Assembly (NCBI GenBank): GCA_963846365.1
Contig: CAWJVN010000007.1
Coordinates: 848,025 to 912,024, forward strand
DNA from: an uncultured Chloroflexia bacterium
Lineage (GTDB): Bacteria > Chloroflexota > Dormibacteria > Aeolococcales > Aeolococcaceae
Direction: 5' to 3'
DNA length: 64,000 nucleotides
Shown here: piece by piece, positions 60,436-64,000 of the stretch
Numbering within the stretch: position 1 is the stretch's first letter
How the letters are laid out: the number at the start of each line of letters is the position of its first letter
Translations under genes and position numbers: made by a program
Notes under the pieces: generated by a model
Databases searched by the model: none
The model's input: the letters and a program-made list of their open reading frames with translations, nothing else
What the model was told of the DNA's origin: nothing

Positions 60436-61633
60436 CTACGCGCTCATCTCCAGCCGCGGATGGAGGTTGGCGTACTCGCCGAGCACCCGGATCCCGCGCT
60501 CCAGCGCGGGCACCGGGGCGGTGAAGCAGATGCGCAGCCAGCCGCTCATGCCGAAGGCGGTGCCGGGGGCGACCAGCACCCGCTGCTGGGCGAGCGCGCT
60601 CGCGACCTCGAGGCCGTCGCCGCCGGGAGCGCGGACCCACACGTAGATGCCGCCCTGGGCCTCCGCCACCTCCAGCCCGGCGTCCCGGGCGAGGCCGACG
60701 GCGAGGTCGCGGCGGGCCTGGTGGGGGGCGATGTCGACCTCCAGCGAGGGCAGGTGCACGAGCATCCGCTGCATCGTCGCCGGGGCGTTGACGAAGCCGA
60801 GGGCGCGCTGGCAGAGCTCCAGCCCGCGCATCACCTCGGGGGTGGCCAGGTCTGGGTGGAGGGCGAGGTAGCCGATCCGCTCGCCGGCGAGCCCCAGGTC
60901 CTTGGAGAAGGAGCGCGCCAGCACCGTGGCGGGGTGCACGGCGAAGGGGTGGACGTGCACCGCGGGCGGGTAGACGAGGCGGTGGTAGACCTCGTCGACG
61001 ATCAGCACCACCCGCCGCCCGTGCCGCCGCCGGTGGCGCTCGAGCAGCGCCGCGAGGCCGCCGAGCTCGGCGGTGGTGGCGACGTGGCCGGAGGGGTTGC
61101 TGGGGGTGTTGAGGATCAGCGCGGCGGTGCGGGGGGTGAGCGCGCGCTCGATCGCGCCGAGGTCGAGACCGAAGTCCGCGGCGGAGGCGGCGGTCACCCA
61201 GGTGGCGCCGGCGGTCGCGCAGTAGGCGCGGTACTCGCCGAAGAAGGGCACCACACCGACGACCTCGTCGCCGGGGTCGACGAAGGCGCGCAGCGCCAGG
61301 CAGATCGCCGCGCCGGCACCGCCGGTGAGGGCGATGCACTCGGGGCCGACGTCCACCCCGGCGTCGGCGGCGATCCGGGCGCGCACCTCGGGAAAGCCGA
61401 GGTTGGGCATGTAGCCGAAGCGCTCGGCGCCGCGCTCGGCGGCGGCGGCGGCGATGGCGGTGCGCACCGCCTCGACGGGCTCGCCCAGCGGCTGGCCCAG
61501 GGCGAGGTCGGCGACCGAGTTCGGGCCCGTGGAGGGCGCGCAGCCGCTCGCCCTCGGTGAACATGCGGCGCACCCAGCCGCCCGCCTCCAGCTGCGCCGC
61601 CGTCCAGCGCGACAGCATCCCCTCGTTGTCCAC
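60436..61633 (-). pseudogene. AlaA-like class I aminotransferase with apparent frameshift
   Basis: N-terminal 44 aa (MLSRWTAAQLEAGGWVRRMFTEGERLRALHGP) in one frame from GTG 61633 / ATG 61617; remainder (SVADLALGQP...ERFGYMPNLGFPE...) in frame +1 after cacgggcccgaa; the downstream frame has no start codon of its own before 61467. Confidence 0.6.
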
Positions 61634-62806
61634 TCAGCTCTCCGCCGGCCGGTCCGGCGTGTGCCAGGAGAAGGGGTAGGAGCTGTCCAGAACCTGCCGC
61701 GCCGTGGTGGTGCGGTGAAGCGGGCGGAAGGTGTCGATCATCACCGCGAGCTCGTCGGTCTCCCGGGGCGCGTCGCGGGTCGCCTCCAGCGCGCCCGGCT
61801 GGGGGCCGTGGGGGACGCCGCCGACGTGGAGGGTGATCGACCCCTCCCGGATGCCGCGGCGGGCGCTGTAGTTGCCGCCCGCGTAGTACATCACCTCGTC
61901 GGAATCCAGGTTGGAATGGTGGTAGGGGAGGGCCACCGCCTCGGGATCCCAGTCGATCTTGCGGGGGACGAAGTTGCAGATCACCAGGTTGGGTGCCTGG
62001 AACACCTGATGGGTCGGCGGGGGAACGTGGAAGCGGCCGGCGCGGGGCTCGAAGTCGTGCACCGAGAGGGCGCAGGGATAGACGGTGCCGTCCCAGCCGA
62101 CCACGTCGAACGGATGGTTGTCGAGGCAGTAGCGGGTGACCCGGCCGGCGCGCTTCATCCACACCTCCGCCGGTCCCTCGGCGCTCTCCAGCTCGACCGG
62201 GCCGCGCACGTCGCGCTCCGAGTAGGGGGCGGACTCGACCAGCTGTCCGTTGCGCGCCCGGTAGCGGTCGGGCGAGTCGACGATGCCGGCGCACTCGACG
62301 ACCAGCACGCGGGAGGCGGCGGGGTCGTCGAGGTCGAGGCGGTGGACGGTGCCGCGGGGGATCACCGCGTAGTCGCCCTGGCGCAGCGGCAGCCGGCCGA
62401 ACTGGGAGCGCAGCGTCCCGGAGCCGTGGTGGAGGAAGAGCACCTCGTCGGCCGAGGCGTTGACGTACAGGGTCTCCTGGGGGTGGGCGGGGACGGCGAC
62501 GCCGATGCGGACGTCGTCGTTGACCAGCAGCCAGCGCCGGCCGCTGACCGCGTCGCCGTGCGGGTCCAGCCGCCACGCCTCGATGTGGGAGTGGCCGTGC
62601 ACCTGCTCGAGCTCGCGGGCGGCGGTGTCGTCGGGGCCGGGGGCGATGTCGTGCACCGCCTCGGGCATGCCGCGGTGGTAGAGCAGCGACGACGGGCCGC
62701 TGAACCCCTCGCGCCCGAAGAGCTCCTCGAAGACCGGACGCCCCTCGCGCTCCACTCGCATGTGCCGCTTGCGCGGCACCTCGCCGAGACGCATGTACGA
62801 GCGCAT
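61634..62806 (-). CDS. hmgA: homogentisate 1,2-dioxygenase
   Basis: Full-length HmgA similarity (cupin, HHSNLDSDEV...). Confidence 0.9.
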   Translation of the reverse strand: MRSYMRLGEVPRKRHMRVEREGRPVFEELFGREGFSGPSSLLYHRGMPEAVHDIAPGPDDTAARELEQVHGHSHIEAWRLDPHGDAVSGRRWLLVNDDVRIGVAVPAHPQETLYVNASADEVLFLHHGSGTLRSQFGRLPLRQGDYAVIPRGTVHRLDLDDPAASRVLVVECAGIVDSPDRYRARNGQLVESAPYSERDVRGPVELESAEGPAEVWMKRAGRVTRYCLDNHPFDVVGWDGTVYPCALSVHDFEPRAGRFHVPPPTHQVFQAPNLVICNFVPRKIDWDPEAVALPYHHSNLDSDEVMYYAGGNYSARRGIREGSITLHVGGVPHGPQPGALEATRDAPRETDELAVMIDTFRPLHRTTTARQVLDSSYPFSWHTPDRPAES

Positions 62807-62816
62807 CAGCGGCGGC

Positions 62817-63935
62817 TCACAGGTTTCCCCGGGCCGCCTGCTCGCGCTCGATCGCCTCGAACAGCGCCCTGAAATTGCCCTTGCCGAAGCCGCGGGCGCC
62901 GCGGCGCTGGATGACCTCGTAGAAGAGGGTGGGGCGGTCTCCGACCGGACGGGTGAAGATCTGGAGCAGGTATCCGTCCTCCTCGAAGTCGACGAGGATG
63001 CCCAGCTCGCGCAGGTGGTCGAGGTCCTCGGACACGCCGTGGTCGGCGAGCCGTGGCGCCAGCGAGTCGTAGTATGCGGCCGGGGCCGTCAGGAACTCCA
63101 CGCCGGCGCCGCGCATCCGCCGCACCGTGTCGACCACGTCGTCGGTGTGGAGGGCGATGTGCTGCACCCCCGGTCCGCGGTGGTAGTCGAGGTACTCCTG
63201 GATCTGCGACACCCGCAGCCCGGTGGCGGGCTCGTTGATCGGAAAGGTGATCATCGTCGCCGGATCGCGGGTGACCTTCGATCGCAGCGCGCTGTACCGG
63301 GTGGCGATGTCGTTCTCGTCGAACTCCTGGAAGACATCGAAGTTGAGGACGGTGTGGTACCAGTCCACCCAGGGGTCCATCCGCCCCACCTCGACGTTGC
63401 CCACGGCGTGGTCGATCGACCGGAGACCCACCCCCGGCCCGGGGCGACGGTCCTCGCGGTATCCGGGGAGGTGGGGACCGGCGTAGCCGTGGCGCTCGAC
63501 GAAGCGGTGCACGGTGTCGCCGAAGGTGGCCACCGAGGCGCTCCACACCGTCCCCGACGCGTCCTCGACGCGGTGCGGCTCCTCGACCGCGAGGGCGCCG
63601 CGCGCGACCGCCGCCTCGAACGCCGCGGTGGCGTCCTCGACGCGCAGCGCGATGCTCCGCACCCCGTCGCCGTGGCGCAGGACGTGCTCGGCGATGGCGC
63701 CCTCGGGGCCGAGGGCCGCGGTCAGCACCAGCCGGATGTGGCCCTGCTGGAGCACGTAGGAGGCGCGGTCGCGCACCCCCGTCTCGGGACCCGCGTAGGC
63801 GACCACGTCGAACCCGAGGGCGGTGCGGTAGTAGTGCGCGGCCTGGCGGGCATTGCCCACCCAGAGCTCGACGTGGTCGGTGCCGAGCAGCACCGGGGCG
63901 TCCGTGCCCGCCGTGGGGAGCGCCGTCTCGGTCAC
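62817..63935 (-). CDS. hppD: 4-hydroxyphenylpyruvate dioxygenase
   Basis: Full-length HppD similarity, two VOC modules; GTGA overlap with the upstream partial gene. Confidence 0.9.
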   Translation of the reverse strand: MTETALPTAGTDAPVLLGTDHVELWVGNARQAAHYYRTALGFDVVAYAGPETGVRDRASYVLQQGHIRLVLTAALGPEGAIAEHVLRHGDGVRSIALRVEDATAAFEAAVARGALAVEEPHRVEDASGTVWSASVATFGDTVHRFVERHGYAGPHLPGYREDRRPGPGVGLRSIDHAVGNVEVGRMDPWVDWYHTVLNFDVFQEFDENDIATRYSALRSKVTRDPATMITFPINEPATGLRVSQIQEYLDYHRGPGVQHIALHTDDVVDTVRRMRGAGVEFLTAPAAYYDSLAPRLADHGVSEDLDHLRELGILVDFEEDGYLLQIFTRPVGDRPTLFYEVIQRRGARGFGKGNFRALFEAIEREQAARGNL

Positions 63936-64000
63936 GCCGCGGTCCTCCGCTCCTCGAGCCCGTCCCAGAAGACCCGGACCCCGTCGAGCATCTCGCGGGC
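63932..64000 (-). CDS. 3' end of an unidentified gene (partial, continues beyond window)
   Basis: Open frame ...AREMLDGVRVFWDGLEERRTAA* ending at the hppD start. Confidence 0.35.
   Translation of the reverse strand, partial: AREMLDGVRVFWDGLEERRTAA

Overview
This 64 kb window is a very high-GC (about 70-72 %) chromosomal segment that reads as actinobacterial: leaderless or GTG starts, and many GTGA/ATGA start-stop overlaps. It holds about 70 genes, mostly core metabolism. The naive six-frame track is dominated by long Arg/Pro/Gly-rich antisense or fused ORFs, so genes were re-called by family recognition, start-codon inspection and start-stop coupling.

In order along the window: the argH 3' end, then a heteromeric-looking acyl-CoA dehydrogenase pair followed by a zinc-ribbon / metallophosphoesterase / VOC / PaaI-thioesterase operon. 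Next come DoxX, DegV, an esterase, a ROK kinase, threonine dehydratase, a MarR-HTH protein fused to a DUF4097-like beta-repeat (toast-rack) domain, coaX, and a decayed HNH/DUF222 (REP13E12-like) pseudogene beside a G-tract/AT-rich island. After that: dusB, greA, lysS-serS, two hotdog thioesterases, a SAM-methyltransferase, a PLP-decarboxylase, a GT2/DUF2064/DUF2079 envelope glycosylation-like cluster, and a His/Pro/Thr-repeat secreted mini-protein next to an OmpR/HK pair.

The second half carries a rhodanese, an arylamine N-acetyltransferase, aceE with an IS5-family element inserted exactly at its TAG stop codon, and a complete acetate-switch locus. That locus is LytS/LytTR two-component system - DUF485 - frameshifted actP-like symporter - NhaP on one strand, divergent from acs-satP. 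Further on: a type III CoA transferase, HxlR/DoxX, an I36-like secreted domain immediately upstream of an Amidase_2 ORF that has no canonical start codon, two divergent tRNA-Ser genes, a second OmpR/HK pair, a DUF4388 / membrane / HEPN-like trio, uppS, a GH63 glucosidase, a UDG-like gene, and tyrosine catabolism (hppD-hmgA plus a frameshifted AlaA-like aminotransferase).

No CRISPR array, no rRNA, and no obvious defence island were found.

The observations with the highest novelty potential are:
- the MarR-toast-rack fusion regulator;
- the His-rich repeat mini-proteins, each beside a distinctive operator-like repeat;
- the I36/amidase arrangement;
- the GT2-DUF2064-DUF2079 cluster;
- the LytS/LytTR-controlled acetate locus.
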